DNA of 56,363 nucleotides, filler included, from Sluysia triapertura (Eukaryota), in the NCBI GenBank assembly GCA_046118255.1. It is 4 parts of 4 records of this genome, joined end to end, with 100 filler letters (N's around TTAATTAATTAA, not from the genome) between each part and the next. Parts side by side here need not be neighbours in the genome. Positions count along the whole stretch, not along the records: positions 26,562 to 37,570 come from JBJNIA010190241.1; positions 37,671 to 56,363 come from JBJNIA010129738.1; 2 more parts are not named here. One strand, written 5' to 3'. Positions 27,248-39,384 of this stretch are shown here, piece by piece. The position numbers and the translations under genes are program-made. The notes under the pieces are model-generated. The model did no database searches, was not told the origin of the DNA, and saw only the letters and a program-made list of their open reading frames with translations. Within the stretch, counting starts at the first letter, position 1. The number at the start of each line of letters is the position of its first letter.

Positions 27248-27940
27248 ATGCAAAGTATGATAAAGAAAAGTTGTAAAAACAACAAATTCTTAATTAATTT
27301 TAATATTATAGTACTTGACAAACATAACATGAATGCAAATATAAATAAGGCGTTTACCTTAGCAGTCTTTTTAAGCAACAAAGTTATGGAGCTCAAGTTA
27401 AAAGTATCCGAACTATTACATTTTAAAGAAGAAAACCAGATATAGGTTATTAATAAAGAGGCTGTTTCTGATGATAGGACGATATATAATATTGATGTAA
27501 TGAAGACCGAAACGGTAAATAATGGATCTGTATCATTTTTATGTCTGGCGACTGATGATGAAATTTGAACACCAGAAATGAATACCAGTCTTGGAGATAC
27601 ACGACTCAATTTTGGTATTGAAGAAGAGTTTAGTAAGTCGTTGGTTAATTCAAATTTTATTTTTACAGTAACAATTAATGTTGGTTTCAAATTGTCTAAT
27701 AATCAACATCGATTCCTAATTGTATGCATATGTACAAAGTCTGAGTCAAGGGAAGCTATCCTTGTGCCACCAAATGATTTAAAATGTATCACCATAAAAA
27801 GTGCTAGTAAGGCTACACCTGTTAACTATTTCCGAAAGAAGTTTCTGATGAAATTTAAGAACTTGTCTGACCATGATTTGGTATATATATTAATGGTATA
27901 TATTCCTAATGGAAGATGTTCTAGTGATTTAAAATGTTAA
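27248..27940 (+). pseudogene. Decayed ORF of about 230 codons, unknown family
   Basis: ORF-track pieces 27248-27445 and 27578-27940 are in one frame, interrupted by only two stops. Preceded by the shared leader module near 27088. Confidence 0.6.
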
Positions 27941-28054
27941 CTAATTTAAATAGCCTAAAGACCTCAATTACATTTAGTCGTAATAAATATTTTAAACTCA
28001 TGCATTTAGCTAAATATATTATGTCACTGTATGTTCTAGTACCTTTTGTACTTT

Positions 28055-28400
28055 ATTTAAACACAATGCCAAATAACCTACCTTTTTAAAGGTTATGCAG
28101 TCGTAGTAGAGACCAGGTGGAACAAGAACACGTGTTAGAATTGATTAAGTTTGAAAATCTCGATGAGCTGTACTGCACTATATGAGAACGTTCTGTAATT
28201 GAAGATATGCAGCGTTTCTCTCGAATCACACGCACAATTAGCATTAAAGAATGTATAAATATAATTCCATTTATACATACTCGAAAACATTTCACGGCTA
28301 TTTCTTCAACTTCTGAAAGGACATTAGACACATTGGTTATATAGGTTCAGTATGAGGTCAAAACTGCTTTCAACGAAAAGGATTCTCTTCATCATATGTA
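28055..28400 (+). pseudogene. NDOR1-like (diflavin reductase FAD-binding domain) pseudogene fragment
   Basis: RLCSRSRDQVEQEHVLELIKFENLDELYCTI*ERSVIEDMQRFSRITRTISIKECINIIPFIHTRKHFTAISSTSERTLDTLVI*VQYEVK parallels the NDOR1 stretch E.EKL.E..EL..Y..RR+.E+..DF..IP..L+P.I.PR.FSIASS..LV.VVQ+. In-frame stops; no intron seen. Confidence 0.7.
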
Positions 28401-29060
28401 CATAAATTTTTGATGCGTTTTATGTTTCATAAATTTTAGAAATTTTTTTACTGGTTGTAAAGGAAGGTTTTATTTTGTTTTGTGCTTTTCATTTAACGAA
28501 TTAATCCTAGGCCTTAAGCCTACTGTTCATTTCGAGTTTAAAACATTTAGTACGGACCTTAAATCCTATTTTAGCAAATTAATTTAATTAAGTCCTTCTT
28601 TTGTAAATCATTTTTATTTAATTGCCACAAACGCTTTTTGAATACAAATAATTCATCGCAAAATTTTCAGTTTTATAACACTCGACCATCACAGTTATAT
28701 GCGTCAAATAGAAACTGGAGTGCTATACTACATAAAATTGAAAATACCATCCATTCAATTACTTGTAGCTAAATTATTATAAATCTGTGTAAGATTTTTA
28801 TAACTTTTATTTAATCATACACAAAATATCTTGAATTAATTTTGCGGCAGAGATACTTGGAACAGAAGGAAATGTCGAAGAAGGTTCTCAAAGATTATGG
28901 TAACAATAAATATAATAAGTGGTAATTATGTCCAATGACTGTGTTTGTTTTTGAATGAGTCAAGTAGTTTATTTAGTGTTTTGTTTATGTAAAAAATGTT
29001 CATATGTGATAAAGTGTGTTTGTAATTTTGATTTGAATATGTGTAGTTCCCTACAACAAC

Positions 29061-29293
29061 CAAACTGATTTAATGGTAATAATGCCATATTTAAAAATTA
29101 GTAATGGTAACAAATATATTTTAAATTGTTCTGATGTGTTTTCAAGATTTAGAAGAGCAGTTAAATCAAAGAGTGGTAAAGATGTGATTGAAACAGTTTC
29201 GATTTTAATTAATAACGATAAAACTATAAATTAAGGTAACGAGTTTTACAATAAAGATGTGAAAAAATACTAGAAAGACACGGAATTAATCAA
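29061..29293 (+). mobile_element. Maverick/Polinton-type retroviral-like integrase fragment
   Basis: QTDLMVIMPYLKISNGNKYILNCSDVFSRF..VKSKSGKDV..*GNEFYNKDVK../LERHGIN matches the c-integrase pattern QADL.DM..N.GYKYIL..IDVFS..LK.K.G..V..D.G.EFYN. Contains deletions, a stop and a frameshift. Confidence 0.85.
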
Positions 29294-29800
29294 ATAACCA
29301 AATAAAACAACGAATTAAAATTTTACAAACACGAAGGAAAACATACTTAAAAACAAATTTAGAAGTTGCGAGATTACAAATTGTATCTTTATCACTTAAG
29401 GAATCATGACAAAATTCTTCTATAAATACTTTATCACGAATCATCTTGCTGCTTTTAGTTTTGCATTTGATAGAGTGAAACACCTGAACTTCTTGAGTCA
29501 TCATTGGAGATAAATAACTAAGAATGAGGTTGGACTAGGTGTATCTGAAACTGGCGACATTCAAATCAGTTTTAACAATGTTGTCATCTTCGCAAAAATC
29601 TCCGCTACTCTTTAGTACATTTGAAACTGTGCTGCCTTCAAACATTGTTGCATACCATTTAACTTTAGCATCTTAATCATCTTCGCAAATAGAAATAGAG
29701 TTAACCGTTGCAGATATCAACATAGCGTTACTAAAATTTGTAATTTCATATGGCATGTCTCTTGATCTGACATAGAAAGTGTTTTTAATGTTTGATTTGT
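29286..29800 (-). pseudogene. Decayed ORF of unknown family
   Basis: One frame open for about 160 codons with two stops (..DMPYEITNFSNAMLISATV..KWYATMFEG..EEFCHDSL..). Confidence 0.5.
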
Positions 29801-30269
29801 CTTTTCATGTTGAGATGCAATTTTGTTTTATCCTAGATATACGTGGTGCTTCACTACACACGACTGTTTTGTTACTACCTTCACATATAAATTTATACAT
29901 ACATTCATACCTAAAATTATATTTAATTCACACATAAAACGTTCTCAATACATTTCCATCTCAATTTACTCAATTTAAACTACAAGTCTTGTAATAAATT
30001 ACAGCTTAGTATCCAACAGCAATTGTATTACCATTTATGCATCTTCTATGGTCAGTTACTACTTTTCCACTTTATATTTTTGATTATTTTAAGATTATTG
30101 ATTTATTAAAAAATTATTTTATTTAACAATACCACAGATCATCCAATAAAAACTCGCTATAATATAAATAAAATTTCAAATAATTATTTATTTCTTTTTA
30201 AAACTTATATCCATGTACACATACAATTTAAATTTACTAATATAAATAGCCAATAATATCAAATATTTT

Positions 30270-30900
30270 ACGAATATCACGGACTAATCAGAAGCAGACA
30301 GTTCGTTGTTTTGTATATAGATCAAAATAAATAAAATTTTCATTGGGTGGGATAAATATAATAAACTAAGGTTTAATCCAATCACAAACAAAATAATTTT
30401 CAACCAATAATGCGAGTTGAAAGATTTAAATACAAACGTAGTGTGAATAATTATTAAATCACAAATCTATGCTTCAATCTCATTGGTTTAAAAAACCAAC
30501 CAATCACAATAAATAAGTTTCATTTTGTTAAATTTTAGCTAATAAATGATATATTAAACTAAATATTCATTTCTATTTCTAAAATATAAAATAATTTTTG
30601 AATAATCTATTAAAAAATTCTATTTATATTTTAAATAATTATTAAATTTCTTTTTATTGTAAATAGTAATCATTCATTTAAAAAACAAAATTATTTATAA
30701 ATTTTAATATCATTTTTCATAATTTACATAAACATTCTATTTTTATTGTCTATTAGGAAGTAATAATATTAATAATCAATTATAAATACTCCAATTTTGT
30801 GATTGGATTATAATTATCCAATAGGATTACGTTTTTATTAAAAGAACAAACTTTTATAAAAAGCGTATATTCGAGGAAAATAAAGCGATTTATCTATCAC
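30270..30900. promoter_or_regulatory. CCAAT-box cluster with outward-facing TATA boxes (putative bidirectional promoter)
   Basis: At least seven CCAAT/ATTGG boxes between 30342 and 30822. TATA-like elements at about 30318 (-) and 30855 (+). Confidence 0.55.
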
Positions 30901-31971
30901 TGTATAATTTAGAAAAAACTTATACTAAAACAAAAAAATAATATTCAATGTTTTTTACTAGTTTGATAAAAGCATTGTTTTGTGAATTGTTGGGTCTTTG
31001 GAATAAATTATTGAATAACCTTAATATATCACCGAGATCTGTCATTCAACAGTGTACATTAATTAAAACAATATTTTAAACATTCCGTAACACCAATTAA
31101 AATGAAACACAAATTGATGTTACGCTTTGTTTGAGGTAGTAGTAGTAATAGTAGTACTAGTTGAAAACAATTCCTATAATCCAGTGATTATTTCAAAATA
31201 TTCGGTACCAAAATGGTTTTGTACCTTTTGTCATTAATAAAAACTTCTTAAGAGATAATATTAATTTATGAATTAATATTTTAGCATAAAATAAACTACT
31301 TATTAATGTAAATAGCTAATAAATAACATTTTATATAAACTTTATTTTATTAAAGTAGATAATATATTTTATTTGTCAAAATGAATTTATGACGTTTATA
31401 TTTCTCAATTATCATTTCGATGTTGTGATAGTGCGGTCATTAATCGAATAATTACACTTTCTCGTAAATTTCATTCCATCTACTGCTTTTATTTTAGAAA
31501 TATAAATTCCTAATATTTATTATAAGAAGTTAGCAACTAATAAGACAGTAACTAACATCTGAGTTAAATAGGATAATAAATAAATGATAAATGAATCCTA
31601 TTCGATTTATTATTTAAATAGTTTGTTCTTTTAATAATAATAATATAAAAATTTTAATTTTTGTTGCTATTGTTATACGAAAATGAAAATATAGAAGATG
31701 AAGTTGGTGAATTCGCCGTAATGGTAGTTGGTAAAATTGGAACTTGATAACTGGTGGAAGCTAAAGAAGGAATTTGTGACACCGAAGATCGATGAAAGTT
31801 AGATTGAGAAATGGAATTATTTTTATTTGTATTGGTAGTAGTTGCTGGTGTAATAGAATTTGCGGCAGATATTGACATGGATAGTGATAAAGAAAGAGAG
31901 TTATTGATCGGATTATTTGAGTGGTGTAGTTGCGACGTTGGTGTAACTGGTTGTAATGGCACTATAAGTGG

Positions 31972-32201
31972 TTATAATGTGTGCTCTGAATCATCACCGA
32001 ATAACAAGTGTTGGCCAATGGGAGCTTGGATTTTGAAAAGACGACTTGTTACTTCTTTCAGGTCAGAGAATATTGTTATTAATAGTTTGCTATGTCGTAG
32101 AGCTTGGTCTCGATTCAGATAGGCTAGGGCAGACAATAACTGAGAATACGTTGGTTCTAGGGGACCGTTTAAATAACTGGATGTTGGATGATTTCGATCG
32201 T
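31972..32201 (-). CDS. Putative terminal exon, nuclear-receptor ligand-binding-domain C-terminus-like
   Basis: AAG acceptor, phase 1, then DRNHPTSSYLNGPLEPTYSQLLSALAYLNRDQALRHSKLLITIFSDLKEVTSRLFKIQAPIGQHLLF. Resembles LBD helices 9-11 (AL......R+.KLL.+..L+.+). The family call is tentative. Confidence 0.45.
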
Positions 32202-32844
32202 CTTAATTTTATTAAATTATTATTTTGGATTAGATCATTTTTAAAAATATTTGTTAGAGAATTATTCTTTATTTTCAATAAATAATCTAAAGATAATAAT
32301 AATAATAATTTCATAAAAATCAACATATAAAAAGAAACATTTGTTAAGAATTAGTAAATATTTGTTTCCAGAAGAGAATATCTTTATTAAAAATAAATAA
32401 ATAATCAATAAATAAAGATTTGTTTCTCAAATCGATCAGAAATACATTTTCTTTCGCTTTTGTTGATTTTCTGTGAAATCTTATTTTGTTACGTAATAAA
32501 GGAGGAATAAAAAATAAGCCAAAAAAATCCAAATTTTTAGACAATTTTAAAGATCGTCATAAAATCTACTCAAAAAATCATTAATTAAAAATATTAAGAC
32601 TTAATATATTAAAAAGTTGATTTTATTATCTTTTGTTTATATATTTATATTTTACTTGACATCATGTATCTTGTTAAATAAAAATATAATTTTATTTATG
32701 CACAGCCAAAAGATTAAACGCAGAAAACAGGTAACATTTCAAGTAACCAATAAGAATTAAAGTACCGATCCGTTAGTGAAGTTAAATTTCATAACAGTTT
32801 AATCTGGCTAGATACCTACTTACAATTTATAAAAGTTTTTAAAT

Positions 32845-32910
32845 TTAAAATCCTATATGGTACCCCCACCAATCAGGTCATAAGACGCCAACTACAGATG
32901 AACTCCTTAA
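32845..32910 (-). repeat. Terminus-like module, reverse orientation
   Basis: Reverse complement reads TTAA-GGAGTTCATCTGTA...TAGGATTTTAAA with the same 48-nt spacing as the other copies. Confidence 0.55.
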
Positions 32911-34255
32911 TTCTATGAACCTTCGAATTTAATTTAATATAGAATCTTAATTAGTTTAAAAGTACGGTATTGCTGAGTTGTCTTACAAAATTCATCAAAA
33001 TGGTTAAATTTAAAATGGGTTCGAGTTACAATCCGCAGCTTACAACATTCAGTAGACACATCTGTAACTTTTACAATTTACACTTCACATCTTTGTGTAA
33101 ATCGTTGATGTTATATGATGTCAAATAATCGATTCATTAATATGTTTATCAAAAATAAACAAATCAATTTATATTACGTAAACTTATAATAAATAAAAAG
33201 ATCAATCAATATTTTATTTTGTTTTTGAAACTTTTAATAATAATAATAATAGTGATGGCCGAAATATTATTAATTACAAAAATCTGCTACATAACTATTA
33301 CCACATATTTAATTAAAATCTTCTTAAAAACCTTTATTAACAAAGTTTTACTTATATTGATAAAACAACATTAAGATCACGAGTTGGATATAAAAGGTCA
33401 TAAAAAGTCTTACGTTTTGAAAATCGAAATTCGATCAGTGAAACAAAAACTCCCGAATCATGGAAATTTTGAGTTTTGAGACTATATCCGTAAGGATTGC
33501 GCGAATAATGTGAACTAGATCATAACATATTTGAAATCAAACTTGTAGAATGAATTTTCCAAATGCTTTCCGATATTATTTTGAATTTTTATTCCATGAT
33601 AGCTAATCGCTCTTTAACATCATCATAGTGCGTTGAGGAGAGCCTTAAGTTGCTGTTCGAGACATTGCATTCATCTGTTGAAAACACACCAAAGTAATAC
33701 GCAATAGCGTTTTTGAATTCAATTAAATCATTCAATAGTTTTCCGACAGCTAGAGCATGTATCCATGAAATAACTAAGTAACAACACTTCCAAAGGTCAT
33801 CTTTGCCATTCTTTTGAATGAAACTCGGAAAACATCATAATCTAACTAATTTATTCAATAGGTGAAATATTCCTATGACGTTAATCTTCACAGAAAAAAC
33901 ACATTTTGTGTCAACATATTGAAATTCATCATAATTCAAATTCGAGTCAAGTTTTCAGTCATCCTTGGACTTCTGATTGTAAAAGTCACCGCTTGAATAA
34001 AAATTATTTGTATTTAGATTTTTCTTTTAAAAGTTATTTCGTCGGTAGACATTATAATGCTTTTTAAATTTGCTCAATTTATTCAGAATCTTCTTTTTAG
34101 ATTATTTTCTGTTTACAAATTAAACTACTTTTCTTTTTTTTATTAAATTTTTAATCACTCAATATTTAAACAACAAGTCTTTTTCTTTTAAAATATTCCA
34201 AAATATCCTGCAATTCATTTTTGAGCTTGTCTGTCTTCTGGGTTTATTTCTAGTA

Positions 34256-34426
34256 CCGTATTTTCTTGTGTATAATCCACACTTAATATATAACCCGCAT
34301 TATAAAAATCAACTTTTATTTAATATAACCTGCACACATATTTCTAAACTAATGATTTATAACCCGCACCACAAAAATACACTTTTTTCAATGTATAGCC
34401 CGCGGGGTATAGGCAAGAAAATACGA
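34256..34426. mobile_element. pogo/Tc2-type MITE, 171 bp
   Basis: TA-CCGTATTTTCTTGTGTATA ... TATAGGCAAGAAAATACGA-TA terminal inverted repeats with TA on both sides; internal TATAACCCGCA repeats. Confidence 0.85.
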
Positions 34427-35607
34427 TAATACCTTAAACACACAAAAAAATATTTTTTCATTTTCACATCAAAAATCCCGATTCATTTCTATGTAAGGCT
34501 TATCACATTGTTCTAAGAGTTTTTGTGATGTATAGACATTTAAAACTTAAGGAAATGGAAACAAAAGAGATAACAATAAAAAAGGTAACGTACCACAAGC
34601 ATATAATTAGTCATTTTTTACCCTGTTTTGCTTACACTTGATCTATAAACAACATACGTAAATTAGAAAGAGAATGTGTTGAGAGAATTATGTAGGTGTT
34701 CTCGGAAGTGATGCTGAGGCGGAATAGAAAAGGCGATATCGATGGAACTAATTATGATATTGATATGATAGATTGTAGTAGATTAAATGTTGCTTTTATT
34801 TTAAGTTTTGTGGTTCGTGTGATATGAGATGAGGTTTCGAAATGTATTTGTATTTGTATTTGTACGCGGTAACAACAACAACAATAATAATAATTTAAAA
34901 CTAATCTCCTACAATTCAAAAATAGTATAAATAGTATAAATAAATGATATAAGTGAAATATTTTATAATCGTTAGCAAATAAAGCTGTAAAATTTTTATA
35001 ATATTCACAAACTTAGTAATTGTTCTTTGCAAACTTAATTTAATTCTGGATGCTTTCTTGTATGAGTTTATTTATATTGACGTACTTTATATATAATCTT
35101 ATGATAAATGTTAATCAACTTTTGATGCAAATTTAATTGAATTTTTTTAACTTTGTCAATACGTATTCTCACCTTTCACAGTGGTTTGAGCTGCTTCAAT
35201 TAGAAAGTAACTGTTGAAATCGTTTCTCAGTTAATTTACCTTACAGATTCTTTATTGCTTTTTATCAAACAATATTTATTTTATATAGAAACTTGGGCTC
35301 GGATACTCGTTCCGATGACCGGGAATGGAAATGCTGTGGTTGCCCAGCCTACACCTGCCTACATATCACATCAATCATAACATTCATGGACACAAAGCTC
35401 ATTACAAAAGATTACATTATAATAAGTTTCATCTACATCATTCACAACATTACAACACTCATCCTTATAAAATCTCAGATGCCTAATAAAATCCTTTTAC
35501 TAACATGTTTAGATCAAAATAAAACGTAGCGCATTGTCATCTCGCCATCATTACGATACAATACCTTTTTGTCTGTATTTTGTTTTTATGTGGGTTTAGT
35601 ATTCTTT

Positions 35608-35867
35608 AAAAGAAGCATTAGAAATTTGAGTATTGAAGGCAATTTACCTTTTCAATTGCTTAATTATGTTGAAAATGGTGAAGCTGAATTGATTCGATTA
35701 AAAAATCAAGTATTTCGATTAACACAAGAAAATAATTGGTGACAAAATGAATTAGATGAAATAGATTAGAATGCAGTGAAAATAACAGAATTCAATTGGA
35801 AGAAAATAAACATTGGGAGTTTATGCAAGAAATGTGTCAATATGATTCTGTTGAAAAGAAAGAAATT
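35608..35867 (+). pseudogene. Kinesin light chain N-terminal heptad-repeat pseudogene fragment
   Basis: LLNYVENGEAELIRLKNQVFRLTQENNW*QNELDE/RLECSENNRIQLEENKHWEFMQEMCQYD parallels KLC E.EK.KLRAQVRRL.QEN.WLRDEL..QL..SE....QLEEEK.HLEFM..+.KYD. One stop, one frameshift, no intron. Confidence 0.85.
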
Positions 35868-36186
35868 TGTTTTAATATTCGAAATTTTATTGTATATTTT
35901 TGAAAGTCGCATATTTTAAATGTGCGATGCTGAAGAAATTTTTAATAGTTTAGATGAGTTAGGAAATGGTTTTATTAATTATAGTCTAATGTCATTTAGA
36001 AAGACAAGAACCCATATATGTGGAATTACTGAGAAATCCCTAACAATCGGTCTAGTGTTTACCGAAAAGACGGGAAGTCATACATGTGGAGTTACCTTTA
36101 GAGCTGTTCCAGAAGCTTAATTCTAATCATTCGAAATATGAACCGTTGTACCTGTAATATATTTTTCATAATAACTTTCTCGATTT

Positions 36187-36229
<43 letters not shown>

Positions 36230-37570
36230 AATGTTTTCGATTTAAAGATTTTTATATTTCTAAGCCTCATTATGGTGATTATCAGCATTTAAATGAATTC
36301 GTAAATTTGATTTGTGTTGTAAAGAGAAATGTTGCACTTAAAATCGTTTTTGTTAACACTGATAAAGTAACTCACCGATGTGAATCAGAAGATTTGATTC
36401 CATACGATAAGGAAGATGTAGGTATTGGTTTAAAGAAGCCACATAATTCGATCTTGAAATTTACGTATCCAATAAAAAGTCTACAGCGGAATCAAAATGC
36501 AATTTCGTATTATTCTATGTCGAGTTTGAAATCGAATAGCTATAACTTTTTTGAAATAATTGTTTATAGTATAAATTTGAAATTAATATTGCATCACATC
36601 CCAAGTAATAATGTTCCTATTCTAAAGAGAGCTTCAGACTACATGGTTTGTGGAGTTTAAGATTTCATGGACTGTTTATTTAAATTTTGTAACCAAGTGA
36701 AACAGGAACACTATTTTGATTGGTATCGATGGTGAGTTAGTAGACCTACGAGTTCACAGTGTTATTTTTAATCAATTTTTAATTTGAATTTTGAAATTAA
36801 CATTCGATTTAAATTCTGGGATGTTTGTTTTGCTTGAGTACACGATGCATCGTTGTTACAATAACTTACTTGGATGATGTATTCCCACAACCCAGTCATC
36901 GAACTAAACTTCTTGAATAATCCTTTTATTCTCATGTTTTATCGTGCAGATGTAATTTTTTATCACGAGTTTAACATTTTAGATGATTTTTAAAATTAAA
37001 AGGATGGACAAAATTAATAGTTACAACGCATACCTACGTATTCGTCGAGGCCAGTATAAGGTTTTAAATAATTTTAAAATCAATTACAGTTACATTATTG
37101 TTTGCATTCTGTATGATTTTTTATCATGTCTAAGCCTTATTGTATAACTTATATTGTTCAAAAATTTGGGAAGAGTGCATTCGGTGGACTGATATTCGAT
37201 AGAGCCATGATTTATAACGAATGTAAGTCTTATATCATTATGGTTGTTAATTTTTTTAAATGTGTCACATTTTTTGTCAATTCCATCTTATTTGTGTATA
37301 ATAAAAATTTTTCATACAAAAATTTTTTATATAAAAGTTTTCCTTCATAAAGAAATTTTCGAGTGTCTTAAGCACCGATATTGTCATAACTGTAGACTTT
37401 ATATAAATAAAACGCCTAGTAATAATATGAGTAACAAAAGAGATAGCAATAATTTTAATTTCTTAAATAATAAAAATAATTATCAAATAAGCGCAAATGA
37501 ACTTTTATTCTTTAATTTTAATTTTAAAAAAGAGTTTTATATTAATTGATGAAAAATACTCAGATTTACT

Positions 37571-37670
37571 NNNNNNNNNNNNNNNNNNNNNNNNNNNNNN
37601 NNNNNNNNNNNNNNTTAATTAATTAANNNNNNNNNNNNNNNNNNNNNNNNNNNNNNNNNNNNNNNNNNNN
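37571..37670. other. Assembly gap with TTAATTAATTAA linker
   Basis: N run with linker at 37615-37626. The linker supplies the artificial stop of ORF 37619-38497. Confidence 0.97.
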
Positions 37671-38585
37671 GTTCTATGCAGATTCTGATTTACATCGGCG
37701 AAGATACCAGTTTTATCAGTTATTAAGTTATCCACATCGTAGTTCAAGACCAACGTTACTAAAGCTTCTAGTTGTTCAGGATGAAATTCACTTTGATTTT
37801 CAAATATATTCAAAATACATTTTAAACTTTTAAAATATCTTAATAACAGCTCCTTTTCACACTTCAGTAGCATCTCAATATAACGCGTACGTGCTTTCAA
37901 CACAGTAACGTTTGAGCATTCACTATACGTCGTGTTCGCTAACTTTTGCTTTAAAATCTCAAATCTGATTTTCAAATCAGCACGTATGTTCTTTTCCAAA
38001 TTGTTACGTACGGCTTTATTTATGAAATTTAATGATAATGCTACTGAAGATGTGGAATATGTAGAAGATGTAGCTTCATAGGAGTTACTTGATTTTGAAC
38101 GTTCTAATAAATCAGGAAAAAACATTTTATTCTCATTAATAACTTTACATGAATCGATTATAAAATAAAAGATGAAATAAAAATTTAAATTAATATTATA
38201 CCGAAGTTCATTTTCTAAATTTAAAATGATTAAAAACCAGTCATCTTTTTTAACCGTTCTTTTGAAAAATAGTTTACAACCTTCACGAACACTAAATACG
38301 CTTTCAGTTTCGGAAACAGGATTATTTTTATTAAAAACACCTTTCACGTAACTTCTATTCGGTAAAACTCTCATATTTAAATTGAGACACTTGTGATAGT
38401 TCTGATATATTATCACGAAACATGCTTTTACTTTTATTCGTACCATCATTGTCATCACTATCCTCGTGTGCATATTTATCGTCAACATCAACATCACTTT
38501 TAAACTCCTCTAAATCGACATCAGTATAAATACTATTGCATCTGTTTGTTACCATATCCCACCGTTCTGGAATTGTGCTCTTCAT
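37671..38585 (-). pseudogene. Myc/Mxd-network-like bHLH gene, frameshifted (pseudogene or assembly error)
   Basis: Acidic N-terminal ORF (38585-38355), a frameshift, then KAVRNNLEKNIRADLKIRFEILKQKLANTTYSECSNVTVLKARTRYIEMLLKCEKEL at about 38027-37845. Compare HN.LE+.RR.+L+..F..L+...+L..A..YI. Confidence 0.65.
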
Positions 38586-39384
38586 CTGGCTAAATTTCTT
38601 AAACTAATTTGAAAGATTAAAAATTTTTAAACTGTTACTTCTTTAAACATTTTAATTCGCAAAATTATATTGAAACTATATAGATCATTTTCATAACATA
38701 CAAAGACATACCATGAATCAATATTCTAATAGATAAAAATGATAATAATAATAGTAGTAGCAATAATAATAATAATACTATAATAATAATAATAAATCTA
38801 ATAATTGTGGACCATTTCATATAGTACTAATTTTATGATACAAAATAACATATTTTAATTATTTCCAATTTCAAACAATGCATGCGTAAGATTTCTCGTA
38901 ATAAGTAGCGTTATAATATTTTCGATGAACTGTTTAATTGTTTGTTAATGTGAAATTCAACAACTACTGAAAACATTGACACAATAATTTACATTTACAT
39001 TGAACATTATGAAATAACAATTCTAGTACTGAAGATTATAACCAATAATCAATAATCAATTATACATCATTTCATGATTATATATAAACTTGTAAGACAA
39101 AAATTAATATATTTTATGATAAGTTATTACTTTGATTTACGTAATTAATAGTTAAAAATACTACATCCATTCAAAAATGATTGTCTCATTATTCTTGTGT
39201 ACAATGCATATTAACATCAATTTCGCATTACCCAACTTTTATTTACGAAAATATTTTATTACTAATTATATTATTACATATATCGTAATGTTAATGTTTC
39301 TGCAAGTTTATCCTTTCTTCGCAATGCTTATTTCCTACTATATATTCTAGTAGATGGTTATAGCTGTGATTTGAGTTTACCTGT

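Noticed and set aside
31132-31153. TGAGGTAGTAG let-7-like start
   Set aside because: Runs into a (GTA)n tract, the 3' half does not match let-7, and the bases belong to a better competing hairpin.
35045-35270. Possible minus-strand exon chain with 29, 22 and 29 nt introns
   Set aside because: Phases are compatible, but the peptide is unrecognisable and 22 nt is shorter than the well-supported introns here; could be chance.
36860-36890. TYLDDVFP resembling a reverse transcriptase YxDD motif
   Set aside because: No other RT motifs in the surrounding frames.
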